DNA of 63,004 nucleotides, counting the filler, from Reclinomonas americana ATCC 50394 (taxonomy: Eukaryota), in assembly GCA_048213135.1 (NCBI GenBank). It is 7 parts of 4 records of this genome, joined end to end, with 100 filler letters (N's around TTAATTAATTAA, not from the genome) between each part and the next. Parts side by side here need not be neighbours in the genome. Positions count along the whole stretch, not along the records: positions 1 to 26,096 come from PS015827.1; 6 more parts are not named here. The stretch is one strand, 5' to 3'. The notes beneath the pieces were generated by a model that saw nothing but the letters and a program-made list of their open reading frames with translations, was not told the origin of the DNA and did not search any database. Both the position numbers and the translations under genes were made by a program. Positions 1-13,066 of the stretch are shown one piece after another. How positions within the stretch are numbered: position 1 is the first letter of the stretch; the number at the start of each line of letters is the position of its first letter.

Positions 1-1991
1 TGCCACACGCGTCAAACAAAGCAACACGCACACACATGACATCAACGATGGTCACACACCAATCGAGAACACGCCGCCCGCAGAGTCAGCAGTTCCGTAC
101 GACACGGCACTCGACCTGTTCATCAACAAATGTCAGCGATTTGATGACCGCTGCCTGCCACTCCAGCGCCCCAAGCACGCACCATCGCACACACAGCTGG
201 TACACACCGCCGCTGGCCGTCGACGCATTCACAGTCAACGTGATTGTGTTGCCCACGGGCGCCGCCGACGTAATGGAGGTGCCAGCGACCGCCGTGCCAG
301 ACGCGCATGACGCCGAGATGATGAATGCGGCCGCGTCGCCCGTGAGACTGCGCAGGTTGGAGCCCGTCACCACCACCGACTGCGACGCGAGTGGGGCGAC
401 AATTGCCGGTGAGAAGCCAGTGAACACGGGAATCGCTGCGAGAGCACGGGGGGAGGGAGGGAGGATGAGCGCCTGGGAAACAAAAACGCGCGGGGTAAGA
501 GAGTGCGCTTACCGGCAACCAGCAGCGTCGGCAGTTTCATCGTGAGAGTCTGCAAGTGGCAGAGGCGATATGAGTAAGGTTTCTCCCGTAAACAAGAAAC
601 GCGCTTGCGGTTCCCGACGAACCGTGTATGTTGTCAGCTTGATGTAATCGACCTCAGTGTTGTCGGCCACCACCACGTCCAGCTTGTTCTTGGCATTCAT
701 CTGAGTGAGGACGTTGCCGGAGAGAGTGATGGTGAACGTGTCGTCAGCCGGAAAGACATAATTTCCACCGTTAGTCTGCCACTGCATCATAGTCAACATG
801 TCGAACTGCACCGTCTGCAATGCGAGCTGGTTGCCGTTCGTGTCATCGGTGACAAGGATGTAGATCTTATCATCGTTGGATGTTCCTCCGTTCTTGGTCG
901 GTCGTGCCTTGATCTCGATCGTTGCGATATCCACTCCCGGCGTGTCGGCGATGCCAACAAATGATATCGCCACGCGACTGGACGCAATTCGTGTGAGACA
1001 GGCGAATCAAATTCACACAGCGGCACAACCAAACACACCTGGTGCTCGTGCGGTCGTCGTATCCAATGTCAACCTTCGTATCCAGCATATCTGGTGGATT
1101 ACTCGCTGCGGAGAGCCAAGATGTCAACCCGTTGCTGGCGGTGCGCTGCGGATCTGCCGTGCTGCTATAGGCATCAGCTGCACCATCCAGGTATGGAGTT
1201 ACACGGTAGCCCTGCAGGATGCTCGATTAGAAGATGCGGTTGCAAGCACAAGCGCAAGCACACACACCATGTCCACACACAGCGCGTATGTTCCGTCCGC
1301 GAGGAGCGCATCCGGCGTGTTCAACACCAACGGGCTGGTCGTCGCGCCACTTGCCACCGTCAGCGCATACGAAGTGCCGCCCGGGTTGACTGGACATGTT
1401 CCCGACGAGTCCAACCGTCCCGCCACGGTGCTGGACGCGGTCGGCGTGCCCGTGTACGGTACCGAGATGCTCACCGTGCTGTCGAATGCATTGACAGTCG
1501 CCGGCGAGAATGAGGTGGGATAGAATGGGAGTGTGGCGTCCGGTAGGTTGACCGAGATGTTGTCGGTGTGGAAGTGGCTGTGGAGGGGAGGGAGAGAGGG
1601 AGAGAGAACGGGTGAGAGAGGGATGATACAGAAAACAAGAAAGGGAACAGAAGAGCTTACAGAAAGCGTGAGAGAGTGTGCGTGTGCGTATGTGAGAAAG
1701 GAACGAGAATGTGTGCGCATTTACGTGTGTGTACATACGTGTGTGTGAGACAGTGAGAGTGAAAGAAAGAGTGAGAAGAGAGAGAGCGCGCGCGTGGGAG
1801 AGAGGGCGAGGGAGATGATACAGAAAGCAAGAAAGTGATGAGACATACAGAGTGCACAGGCGTGTGTTGTTGACGGAACGTGTGAGCGAGTGTGTGTATG
1901 CAGGTGTGCGTGCGTGTGTACGTGTGAGAAAGAAAACAAGAAAGTGTGCGCATTTGCGTGTGTGTGAGACAGTGAGAGTAAGAGAGAGAAG

Positions 1992-2058
<67 letters not shown>

Positions 2059-2095
2059 TGTGTGTGTGTGTAGTAGTGAGTAGTAGTAGTACGTA

Positions 2096-2137
<42 letters not shown>

Positions 2138-3007
2138 ACGTACGTACGTACCGTACCGTACCGTACCCGTACCCGTACCCGNNNNNNNNNNNNNNNNNNN
2201 NNNNNNNNNNNNNNNNNNNNNNNNNNNNNNNNNNNNNNNNNNNNNNNNNNNNNNNNNNNNNNNNNNNNNNNNNNNNNNNNNNNNNNNNNNNNNNNNNNNN
2301 NNNNNNNNNNNNNNNNNNNNNNNNNNNNNNNNNNNNNNNNNNNNNNNNNNNNNNNNNNNNNNNNNNNNNNNNNNNNNNNNNNNNNNNNNNNNNNNNNNNN
2401 NNNNNNNNNNNNNNNNNNNNNNNNNNNNNNNNNNNNNNNNNNNNNNNNNNNNNNNNNNNNNNNNNNNNNNNNNNNNNNNNNNNNNNNNNNNNNNNNNNNN
2501 NNNNNNNNNNNNNNNNNNNNNNNNNNNNNNNNNNNNNNNNNNNNNNNNNNNNNNNNNNNNNNNNNNNNNNNNNNNNNNNNNNNNNNNNNNNNNNNNNNNN
2601 NNNNNNNNNNNNNNNNNNNNNNNNNNNNNNNNNNNNNNNNNNNNNNNNNNNNNNNNNNNNNNNNNNNNNNNNNNNNNNNNNNNNNNNNNNNNNNNNNNNN
2701 NNNNNNNNNNNNNNNGAGAGAGAGAGAGAGAGCGTGTGCTTGTGTGATAGTGTCTGGAAACTGAGGTATGCCCTTCGCATGTGTCTCACCTGCTGGAGGC
2801 AGTCACTTCCTCACGACCACTACCCTCCGTGTGTAACCTCAGCGTGTCATCCGACACAACGAGGCGGGCCTCGGCGCCCAACAAAATCGGTCCTCCATTG
2901 CTGAACAATGCCAGTGGGCTCGAAATCATCATCATATTCACCACCACCACTCCCATCACCAACAACGCCACCAGTGCGCGTGATAATGAACGAGAAGACG
3001 CGCGCAT
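1..3007 (-). CDS. Large secreted/cell-surface protein with IPT/TIG-like beta-rich repeats; multi-exon, spans a gap, runs off the window start
   Basis: Exon 1 MRASSRSLSRALVALLVMGVVVV has a hydrophobic signal segment. GT-AG-joined exons at ~1565-1268, 1213-1040, 978-623, 548-513 and 437-185 give Ser/Thr/Gly-rich beta sequence (FTGFSPAIVAPLASQSVVVTGSNL, GVYQLCVRW, GTYALCVD). Confidence 0.6.
1997..2181. repeat. Simple-sequence run (AG)n/(TG)n/(GTC)n/(GTACC)n abutting a gap
   Basis: Directly visible microsatellites; the distal part is probably a read-end artefact. Confidence 0.85.
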
Positions 3008-4055
3008 GAAAGTACAACAAAAAGACAACAGAAAGAAAGGTGTGTGTGTCTGCGTCACGGAGAAAGAATCAGACAAAACAGGGTTTGCGGTGCGCGCCTC
3101 TCGCGCTCTCTGTTTTCCTCTGCGGTGCTCAACACACGCAGAGAGAGAGAGAATTAAATAGTACAACGCCCAAAGTGCGTGTGGTGCGGCGACGGAGAGT
3201 GAGGCAAGGTGCGCACTCGGTTGCGAGAAAAAATTACGTGTTGAATTTGCAAGTGACCAATTGGCCAATTCAAATTTCGACGAAAAGCCACTTGTCGGAG
3301 GCGACCTGCAGCAGCGCTGGGTGAGACCAACCAGTACGTGGCGAGTAACACGGCAGTTCATTTTGCAAGCGACGATGCCGTGCTGTGCAATAGCAAAGTG
3401 AAGATCGCAGTTCTCGACTTGTTCGGAGCTCCGAGAGCGAACACACACACACATGGAACCTGCTGCTGCCTCAAGATTGGTGTCTGTGTTGATGTTTTGG
3501 ATACGGTTGAGCTTGGTCATCAAGACAGCTGTTGCTTGTTTGTTGGTGAATGAATTGTTGTTGTAAATGGGCGAATTTGAATGGCTGCCGACGTCGATCG
3601 CGGTCGCAGTGGTCAATGGCCGGCCGGACTGCTTAGTTTGATACGCATGGCACAGTGCGAGTCGGATGTCCAATCCCGGTCGCTGAATGTGGAACCCGAC
3701 TTCGAAGTTTCGAATTCCAATTCGCGATCCATCACAATCGCATGCACAGCTGGACTTTAACGCACAGCAAGTTCTGATGGACACTATGCTCAGAAGTACT
3801 TCAGTACTCGATGGACCACAAGCACGTGGTCCGTTTCGCAAGTGGATATGTCGACGTCGATCGATATCGGATCCGGACTTCACGCTGCCGGCCTCCCAGG
3901 TCTCCGCAAATACGTACTTCCTTCTTGGTTGTACAGATTTCTCTCGTACACGGTGCACCACATGCCACCCAAACTCGGCAAAACACCTTTGCAAATCGAC
4001 CATTTTCGTCGCGGGACGAACATCTTCTTCCGTCTTCCGTCTTCGCGAGACCACA

Positions 4056-5485
4056 ATGGGCCAGAATTCCTCGACACCCAGCAGCGACCCCGCACCTCCC
4101 GCCGACGCTGCCGACGCCGCCGCCCGCCATCAACAGCAGCTGCGCGCCTCAGCGCAAAACGCCGCGCAAAGTGCCGCCGCCCGCGTGCTCCTCGGCAGCG
4201 CGGGAGACCTGGGCCTGAACATTGCTCTTCCTGTGGACGCCCACCTGCCCGCAGCACAAGTGGTGGACGATGATCCGCGTGTCAGCGTTGCTGCTGCTGT
4301 GCGTTCACCTCTCCCACTCTCACTCTCTCCCTCCCACTCACTCACCCGCGTTGCAGGAGTACGACCGTCTGATGACCGCCTACCGCACTCTGGAGGCCGA
4401 GCTCTCCGAGTCCTTCAAACACTACCCAGAGATCACGTCCACTGGGCAGCGACTGTGTCGTGAGTCGGTGACATACTCGGAGGTGTGTGTTCTGTTCTGT
4501 TTCTTGGTGGTGTCCGCGACAGCCGTCCGCCTCTCACCACCATTGCACGCACAGGTGGGCCGCAACTTTGCTCAGTCGCTCACCAGCTTTGCACTCGACA
4601 TGCCACGCGACTCGGCCGTGCGCGACGTCATGGCGCGATTTGGAGCGTGCGTCGTCACTCAAAGCTCGTTCGCACATTCGCGTCTGCTCACTCTCCCTTG
4701 CGTGTGCGTGCATGCAGTCACTTTGATACCATTTTCGCTCTCCAGCACACAGTGGTCTGTTGCTTTCCTTGCACCTCACACAGCCGTCTCTCTGACTCCC
4801 ATTTTCAACACGATAGCACAATCGCGCCGCCGAGGACTTTGTCGCACCCGCACGAGACTTTGCCTCGAAGGAGCTGGTGGAGATCCGAGAGACGCAAGGC
4901 AGATTCACCGCCGCGGCGCAGAAAGCGGAGCGTGTTTTGCGCTCGCTGCGGGCGCGGAAGAAGGCCGACCCGAGCCGTGAGTTGAACGACATGGACGACT
5001 ATTTCCACGAGATGCAGGGGTGTCTCCGCCGTGTCGACTATGTCATCAAGGTCGGCCATCCGTGCTCCTTACGCAGAATCGTCACCGCCTCCCACTCACC
5101 ACCGGCTGTCACGTGCAGGTGCGCGATTTTTCAAGTATCAAGCAACTGTGTCACGTGTGCGACGGACTGCGCGAGTTCTTCGCTTCTGGTCTTGCTGCTA
5201 TGGACGGTACTCCCGCTCGCTTCTTTGCCCACGAGGTTGTGCGTCGTTACTTATACCCGCACGCAGAAATTCAACCGTATCTCGAGGGCACAAAGATGCA
5301 GCTGTCGCTGGTTCGTGGCTTGCCTCTCTCACGTAGCATTTATTTTTCCCTCACACATCCTTCTTCAGGCGGCTGCTCGGCCCGGAGTACCCGTCAGTCG
5401 TGGCGAGGTGGAGGGTGGACCGTCGTCGTCATCGTCTGCGGCTTCCGCTGCCGCCGACGCCGGAGCCAGTGGAACGGGATTGTGA
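4056..5485 (+). CDS. Stand-alone BAR-domain protein (ACAP/AGD-type BAR) with N-terminal myristoylation-like motif
   Basis: Starts MGQNSS. Spliced product reads GQRLCRESVTYSEVGRNFAQSLTSF...FGAHFDTIFALQHTVHNRAAEDFVAPARDFASKELVEIRE...REFFASGLAAMDEIQPYLE, resembling ArfGAP-associated BAR helices. TGA at 5483-5485. Confidence 0.6.
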
Positions 5486-5528
5486 CGTGTCCTCATCGTA
5501 GAGAAAAATACATGTAACTGGTGGTGTG

Positions 5529-7415
5529 TTACTCGGCCGCCGTTTTTCGCACCCACAGCTTGGCGTCCTCGAGAAGGAAGGCGCGGAACACGGTGGTCAC
5601 CAATGCTCGACTCTGCTGCGGCAGCTCTCTCACCGCCGAATACGCGAGCTCCACGTTGGCGACCTCCACCTCCAGCGCGGCCACTGTGGCGTCAAAGTAG
5701 ATCAGCACCCGTCTGACACACCTCTCCTCTCAACCTTTTCCCCTCCTCACCTACGTCAATCAGCGTGTGCAACTGCAAGTTACCGCGACAATGATGTGCA
5801 ACAAAATGCTGACCGTCTTCGCTAATGTCGACCCACGCGGCGTCCTTGATGTGGTGCACGGACGCTCCCGTCCGTGTATCCCACACCCACATTTGCCGCA
5901 CGTGCTCCGTCTGGCCACGCAGCACCAGTGAGCACAGGATCGGAAACACGAACACATCACCAAAGGGGACACTCACGCACAATCACAAACATATCGCCGC
6001 TGACCCACGACACCCACGCCACCTGCCGCACAAACACGTTAGGGGCCAGCAACAGCATTTCACACTCGAGCACTGCGCAACTGGGCTCTCGCACTCCAGA
6101 TCCGGCACACACAGCAGCTTGTCACCAGAGGCAATGTGAAACACCTCGAGCACCTTTCGGCGCGATCGTTCACCGCGCACATCCACATCGCTGACGCACG
6201 CAATCCGGGTATCATCGTGACTGAACGCAACTCCGCACCCACCAGTCGGCACATGCAGCAGCGACAGGGAGCGCGGACGTGCTCGAATGTTTGTCAAATC
6301 GACCAGACACACGTGCGGGAACCAACCCATGACAGCCAGCAGGCCAGAGCGACAACTGATGGCTGCACACTCGGGCCGAAAGGCGACATCCACTGAACCC
6401 ACGAAGCGATCCACCGACGACACCGGAAACCGATTGCGTGCCAGCCGGTACGCGACGATACCATTCTCCAGCATGAACACCACGAAGCGATTGCATGGCG
6501 AAAAGTACTTGATCGAGTGCCGCAGCCGGTACAGCGCTCGATCCGAGAACGCCTCGGCAACTCGCCCAGCACGCAGATCGACCCCAATCAGCTTGGACAG
6601 GTTTTCTTGCTGCGGGCCGACCTCCACCATCACGCAGTCGGGGCCGCCATGCGGCGCCAGACTCATGTTCACAATCGGTGAGTCGCTCAGGTCTTTCACC
6701 GCATCTCCCACACGGCGACACGGCCCCATATCCCACAGCTGGAGACCCCCGTGGATATCGCACACCGCCACGCGAGGCGTCTCTCGCTGTCGTGAGCAGA
6801 AACACAGGCGCGCAGCTGGTGGATCGCTGATGCTCATCTCTCGTGTGCGACATACAAACGGCCGGCGGCCACCAATCGTCGGGATTGCTGACGAAGACGA
6901 GATGGTGGTGCTTGGTGGTGCCGGTCGTGGTGGCGAAGGCGACGCTGCTTGCAGTGGTGGAGCTGGCGGCGGCGGCGGTGGTGGTGGTGGTGGTGGCGAC
7001 GGTGGTGGTGACGGTGCTGGTTCTGCCTCCACTGCAGGTGCAACGCGGAGACGAATGGCACCACGCAGCGGCACTGTGGGGTCCAGTACACGATCCTGAT
7101 GACGCCAGCGATCGTCAGTTTGACCCTCCATTCACAATGCATCACAATCACAATCACAAACCTTTTGCGTGATCAGAATGCGTCCTTGCACGGCCAGCGC
7201 CGCCGCCGCCGTGCGCACCGCAGGCATCAGTGCACGCCAGGCCTCTGCTGACACTCGCCGCGCCACCTCCGACGGACAACACGACTTGTGCGGTCCGCGT
7301 TCCTGCACCAGTTGCAGAATTGCCGCTTCCAGAGCCGCCTGATCACCCACTGTGCGCGAGACAGTCAACAAGCATGCTCACACAGAGAGAAAGATCGTTC
7401 TCCTCTCACGCAACT
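5529..7415 (-). CDS. DUF3253-like N-terminal domain + Pro-rich linker + WD40-like beta-propeller
   Basis: MGDQAALEAAILQLVQERGPHKSCCPSEVARR...WRALMPAVRTAA...GRILITQK/DRVLDP...RGAIRLR matches the DUF3253 pattern. WD-like segments follow (GGLQLWDM, GVAFSHDDTRIAC, MWVWDTRTG). The ATG is formed across intron 7414-7350; TAA at 5531-5529. Confidence 0.65.
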
Positions 7416-7477
7416 GTCTGTTGTGAGTCGACGCGGCGCGAAAATTCACGTCGTGTCGTGTTTTTGTCGCGAGGGTA

Positions 7478-8219
7478 ATGCACGCCGTGGATGTGGATCG
7501 CGAGGCCAAAGTCGCCGGCTGGTTCGCGCGGAATCGACACACACTGTTGCTCATGGCGTGGTATGCGTGCCACATGTGGCTGTATCATCAGCTGAGCGTG
7601 AGCATGTTTGACATGCTGGCGGAGTATCGTGAGTGGAACCGCCAGCAGCCGCGCACGCCGAGCCACATTGGTCTGGTGAGTGATCCACGCATAAGACGCG
7701 TAGCACACACGCACACACACCTGCATGCATGCTATGATTGTGACACGTGGGGTCGCACTTGTCCGGATCTTGATTTTCATGCATTGACACGTGTGTGTGG
7801 TGTCTGCAGGGCTTCATCTTCCTCATCGCCTTCATCATCAGTGCGGTGGTGTCGCTGATTGTCACTCTGATCTCTGGTCGCTGGATCAGCCCGGTTCTGT
7901 TGAATCTGGTGACGCTGTACAAGTGGCGCGAGCTGAATGCTGCGGTCGCCGCCAGCCAGTGGAGCTCGCAACTTGGCGACCTCGCCTTGGGTTCGTGCAG
8001 ACCCTCCCTCCTCCCCAGTTGCCGACTCTCCGCTCACATGCCTACCCTCTCTCTTTCCCTCCATCAGAATACGGCATGGTGCAGGTGGCTGCACTGGTCG
8101 TCACGGTGGTCAACGGACTGCGCCTGCTTGCCGGCTGGTTTGGGTGGCTGACCGCCATCTTCATGAGCGTATCGCTCTTCTTCCTGACCAGTTACATACT
8201 TGTGTTGCTCGAGGACTGA
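7478..8219 (+). CDS. Small multi-pass membrane protein of unknown function (3 exons)
   Basis: ATG 7478; GTGAGT and GTTCGT introns join hydrophobic exons (GFIFLIAFIISAVVSLIVTLISG; WLTAIFMSVSLFFLTSYILVLL); TGA 8217-8219. Confidence 0.65.
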
Positions 8220-8246
8220 GGTGAATGAAGAGCGCACAACAACTCT

Positions 8247-11200
8247 TCACTGCGGTGCGCCGGCACGGAACTCGCGAATTCTCTCCAGCAGATCGGGACC
8301 TACAAGTCGTCACCATCAATTCCAGTGTCTCGCAAGATCGCACATGGAACACGTGACGCAACGAGGTATCAGGTCGGCCTCGGAGATCGGCAAGTTGGTG
8401 AACGGATTCTTGCCCTTGTCCATGATGCATCGCCGGATCGCGTCGCGGTCGACCACTTGCCCGCTCGGCAGCTCCACGGGGTCGCTCATGAGATCGTCGG
8501 TCAGCGCATCTGCGTGCGAGAGCAGCAAATGAGCAGCGGCACGCACCCATATACTGTGGCGCGCGCACACACACACCACGCAGTTCAGGCGGCGGATCGG
8601 CAAAATAGGCAGCCTGCCGCTCGACCACGAGCTCCGCGTCGACCAGGCGACGCAAGAACATGTCGAAGCGGTCGCACTTGTCGTCCGGAATGATTCCGCG
8701 ATTGCGCAAGAGCACCGAGGCGTTCTCGAACGTGCGCCTCTTGTAGTACAACGTGTCTCGTACGACGGCCAACGGAAACTGCTCCTCGTCCGACATGCAC
8801 ACATACATGCTGGCGGTCTCGCTCAGCAGTCGCCGCGGATCGAACTTGTACTGCTCGCGATTCTCCACCTGTCGCGCAGGCCGACCACGCCGATCAGTAA
8901 CACGAACAGTCAACCAGCCACACACTCTGCTCACCTGCAACTGCGAGTTGGCATTGGTCAAGTAGTTCAGCAAGTAGTTCAGGACGCCCACGACACGCGG
9001 CAGCATCGCCTGCGAGACAACACCATGAGTGCCACAAGCGAGCTGCGTGAACGCGTGCTTGACGAGACCTCGCTGCAGAAGCGGCGGGGAATCATCTCCG
9101 ACATCCAGCGTGTCATCTCGGTGGTGGCCATGGAGCACGAAATGTACGACTTGGCGCTCTTTTGGTTCTCGCGATACTCGCGCACCTGCGCCTCTTGCGC
9201 GTCCTGCACACAAGCAAGCGTCAGAACACAGCTGCGTCGTCGCCCTAATAATGGAACAAGGAGACTGACCGCCGGGAGAGACAAGAAGGCTTCTTCGTGG
9301 CGCTGCAGCTCGTGCTCTCGAATCTTCTTCAGTGTGGCAATGGTCTCGTCCAGCAGATACGTGCAATCGTTCAACAACATGTGCAAAAAGTGATCAAACA
9401 GCGAAGTGCTGTTGACACGGACATCAGTACCAGCAAGAGAAATGTGCACGTGGAGGGAGCCAGCACACGCACTTGGCCAAATCGAGAATGCGCGGCGTCC
9501 AGTGTCGGTGGGAGCGCATCTTGGCGAACACAAGAGCCACCAGGTGGCGTGCCTGGTACTTGTCGAATCTCACTGCAAGTACACAGTCAGGATCACAATC
9601 AATATTCGCTGTCACACAAGAGCACGCCACGCAACGTGCTTCCGCGTCCACATATAGCTGAATGCTATGGTGTGAACAGGAGGGTCAGTGAGTGGTACAT
9701 GCACCGAAGAATGGAAAACGAGGAATACAATGACGCAACATGCCGGGCACGAGCATCGCTGCAATATCGGGATTATCGAGCATCACGAGCAGCGAGGGTT
9801 CTCTCTGACCACGCTGAATGAGGTTGTACACCACCTGCGTGCACGCCAAACAGGAGAGGGTGAGTTAGAGGAGGAGGAGAATTATTTTTCTTTGCTCGCA
9901 TATGTGTACCTTTAAGAAATCGTGCCGAATGCCTGCATTGGTCACCAGCCGCTTGTGTGCAATGAGCTGGGACATGAGGGCCAATGACCATGCGCACGAC
10001 TGCACTTGCAGCACATTGGCGCTCTCGGTAAGTGCCGTGAAGTGAGCCAGCAACTCGCCCACATTCTCGGCCAGCATTGTGGGCAGCATGGCATAGGTCG
10101 GAGGGACCTCGTCGGGAATGGATCTGTTGGTGTGCACGCACGTCAGCCAACGCAGGTGCCAGCGCGTTGTGTGCGTGGCAGACTCATACCGCACGCTAGT
10201 CGGGCTCTCCAGCGCGTCGGGACTGCTACCAATGGCGTGTGCGAGCAAGTATCGTGACGATGCCTCTGTGCGACAAGAACACCGTTCAGTCAGCGGTGCC
10301 AGATATACACGTACTGCTCGGCAACGCACCGAGGTAATCCATCATGGGCAAGAATACATCGCGATCGTAGATCAGACGATCAGTGGCCAGAAGCCACCGC
10401 CACTGCGGCATGAGTGGCTCCAGACCCTTCATCCCACATGAAAAATTAAGCAAAAGAACACACATCGCCATTGGCGAGTGCACGACTGCGGCGCACCTGG
10501 CCAGCGTGCTCGATTTCGGCCTGGTGGTACGTGTTGGCGGTGAACTCGAACACCTTGCGGGTGCGTATGAGACCCAGATTGATGCAGCGGGCGGTCATGA
10601 AAAAGAGCTCCGAGTTGAAACTCTCCGGCACCTCCGGATGCTCTGCGACCGGCGTCATTCACGGCGCGCCACATTTGAGTGAAACACGAGCGAGCGCCAC
10701 ACACACACACCTCCTGCCAGATACTGTTGCACATTCTCCTCCGACCACACCAGCCGATCGAGTGGGTGCATTGCGCAGTAGCGCTTCGTCAACGTGTACT
10801 CGGGTGCAATGGTCGACAGACGGCTGCCGGTGATCACCGGAGCCACCAAGTTCAACATAATGGCCGACAGGTTCAAGAACTGCAACACACGTGTGTGAGC
10901 CATGCAGACAGGAAAAAAGGCAGCAGTGCTCTCGCGACACGCAACAAAGCCCTCGGTGCCAAACTGGTGATCGACGTCGCCACCAAACAGCTCAAACTGC
11001 GGGTGAGAAGCAATCGTCAGAGTGCGTGCGCGTGGGTTGAAGAGTCGCACCGCAAAACACACCCGAATGGAGTTGCGCATACGGCTGGCGTCCAGCGCCA
11101 CGCCGATCCACTGCAGAAGTGCCGCGCGCGAAGGACTGTTGCGATCTTTCAGAAAATTGCGGAAAATCTGAGTGAGCACACTCTGCGCACAGCGACACTC

Positions 11201-12831
11201 CACATAGTGAGTGAAGTGGGCGGCCGGACGACGGCGAGCACGTCACTGCACCTGGTGTGACTGGATTTTGCTGGATAGAACAGAGATCTTGGAGTCGACG
11301 TCCTTTTGCGAGAGCATTTTGGTGGGGAAGAAGCGGCGCAGCAACTCGGTCTGCATTGCACACGTGAGCTCGTGTATCAAACACACACACACACACACAC
11401 AGAAAATGAGAGGCACACAACCTGCTGGAGCGGGTGAAAGCCTACAAGAATACCGAGCAGCGACGAGACTTCCAGCTGTCGACCGTAGAACGACTCGTGC
11501 AGTGGCATCGGCATCCATTGCGGCTGGCTGATCAGCTGTGCACTCGACAGAGTGAGAACGAGGTGATTGCGGGAAGCGCGGAGGGATCAGCTGCCGGCGT
11601 ACCACTTTTTGCACCGCACGGATGCACGTGAGCTTCTCGCACGCAATGACCAGTGGGAGGAAGTTGTCCAGCATGGTCATCTTGACAAGCTCACGATTCA
11701 CGTGATTGAACTGAGCGATGCACATCTGATGATGGCACAACATGTTGTCAGTGCTCTCTCGTCTCTCTCCACACACACGCATCACACGCTACCTTCAGCA
11801 GCTCAATCTCGTCACTCTCATGCACTCCCTCCCAGATGGCCATCATGAAGTCGGCAGACACCGAATGCTGACCCTCGCCACACAGACCGCGCAGCAATTC
11901 GCGACCTGCCCGTCCCCAACTGGTACGCCATGGCCAAGGAAGGTTGGCTTCCAACAACGACTAAAGAGAGAGGTGACGGCATCGACACTCACTTTGACAC
12001 GTCTCGCTCGCCGGCGTACATGATCTCCAGTTCGGCACTCCTGCACAGAGGATGAGCAACTCGCAGCGACGACACAAAAAAGGACAGCGACGACGGAACA
12101 CTGCTGCCGAATGCTCGCAGTCAAACAGATCGTAGTTGAGCAGCAGCAGCTTGCTGATGCGGCAGATCACCGGCAATACCGCCGACTGCAACACATCGAC
12201 CACCGGCGCCTGCGATTCCTGCGCTCGCTCCATGAATGTCACCAACATGTCACACCTGTACACGGTATAGAATGCATGCGCAGACCTCCAGTCGCTCCGC
12301 GTGCTCCCTTGCTCGCTCAAAGCAGCCGGCCAAGTACTCGAGTCGCGACTGCATTCGTGGCTTGTTTCGCGGGCTTGATCCAGCAGCAGCCGACGACGAC
12401 GTCGGTGATGATGATGATGCCGAAGAGGACGACGATGGAGACGAGACTTCGCCTTCTGGTTGGCCTCTGTGCGGCAGAAAGCGCGGGTCGCACGAGAGGA
12501 TCTCCACCAGCGCAGGTTCCACGTGTTGTGCACACAGTAGCAGTGCTGCGCAGAGGGTGGCATTGAGTTGAAGAGACAAGAGACAAGAGAGGTGAGTGCA
12601 CGGAGACGCAACGACGATTGGCTTGTGCGAGCTCCAGATGGATGCATTGCAGGTGGTAGTAGGTGCGTGGATCGCGCTGTTGTTCCACCGCATGAGTATG
12701 AGTGTGCGTGAGTGGGAGAGTGTGTGACACGTGTAACTCGACGCAACAGAGGGATCCACTGTGGCCTGCAGCACGACATTCAGTGCACGCGATATGTTGC
12801 GCGCCACCTCTTCCTCTTCCGAGTCACTCAT
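8247..12831 (-). CDS. UBE4B: Ubiquitin conjugation factor E4 (Ufd2/UBE4), U-box ligase, many exons
   Basis: Ufd2-core motifs (EGFFLNLS, FNSELFFMT, MLLNDCTYLLDE, VENREQYKFDPRRLL) and C-terminal U-box (DALTDDLMSDPVELPSGQVVDRDAIRR..KNPFTNLP). Confidence 0.92.
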
Positions 12832-13066
12832 CGCGCACTCGCTGCGAAACACACTGACACACAAAACGCGCTGTGTCGCCAGCTTTTGCCGGGTTTTGCG
12901 TCGTCGTCACACTGGACAAGATCACAAAAAAACAACCATCACTTCACTCGCCGTGACCGCCAAAGCTGCCAGTTCTTCGCTGCAGCGTCGCTGATCACTA
13001 CGTCGTACACACACAAAGCAGAAAAAAAGTACTTACAACAGGAAAAATCCATTAACAAAAAATGAA

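Noticed and set aside
2070..2181. Progressive TAG/GTC/GTACC repeats resembling a telomere or poly-Asp ORF
   Set aside because: Follows a long (AG)n run at a contig end and looks like degraded read-end sequence.
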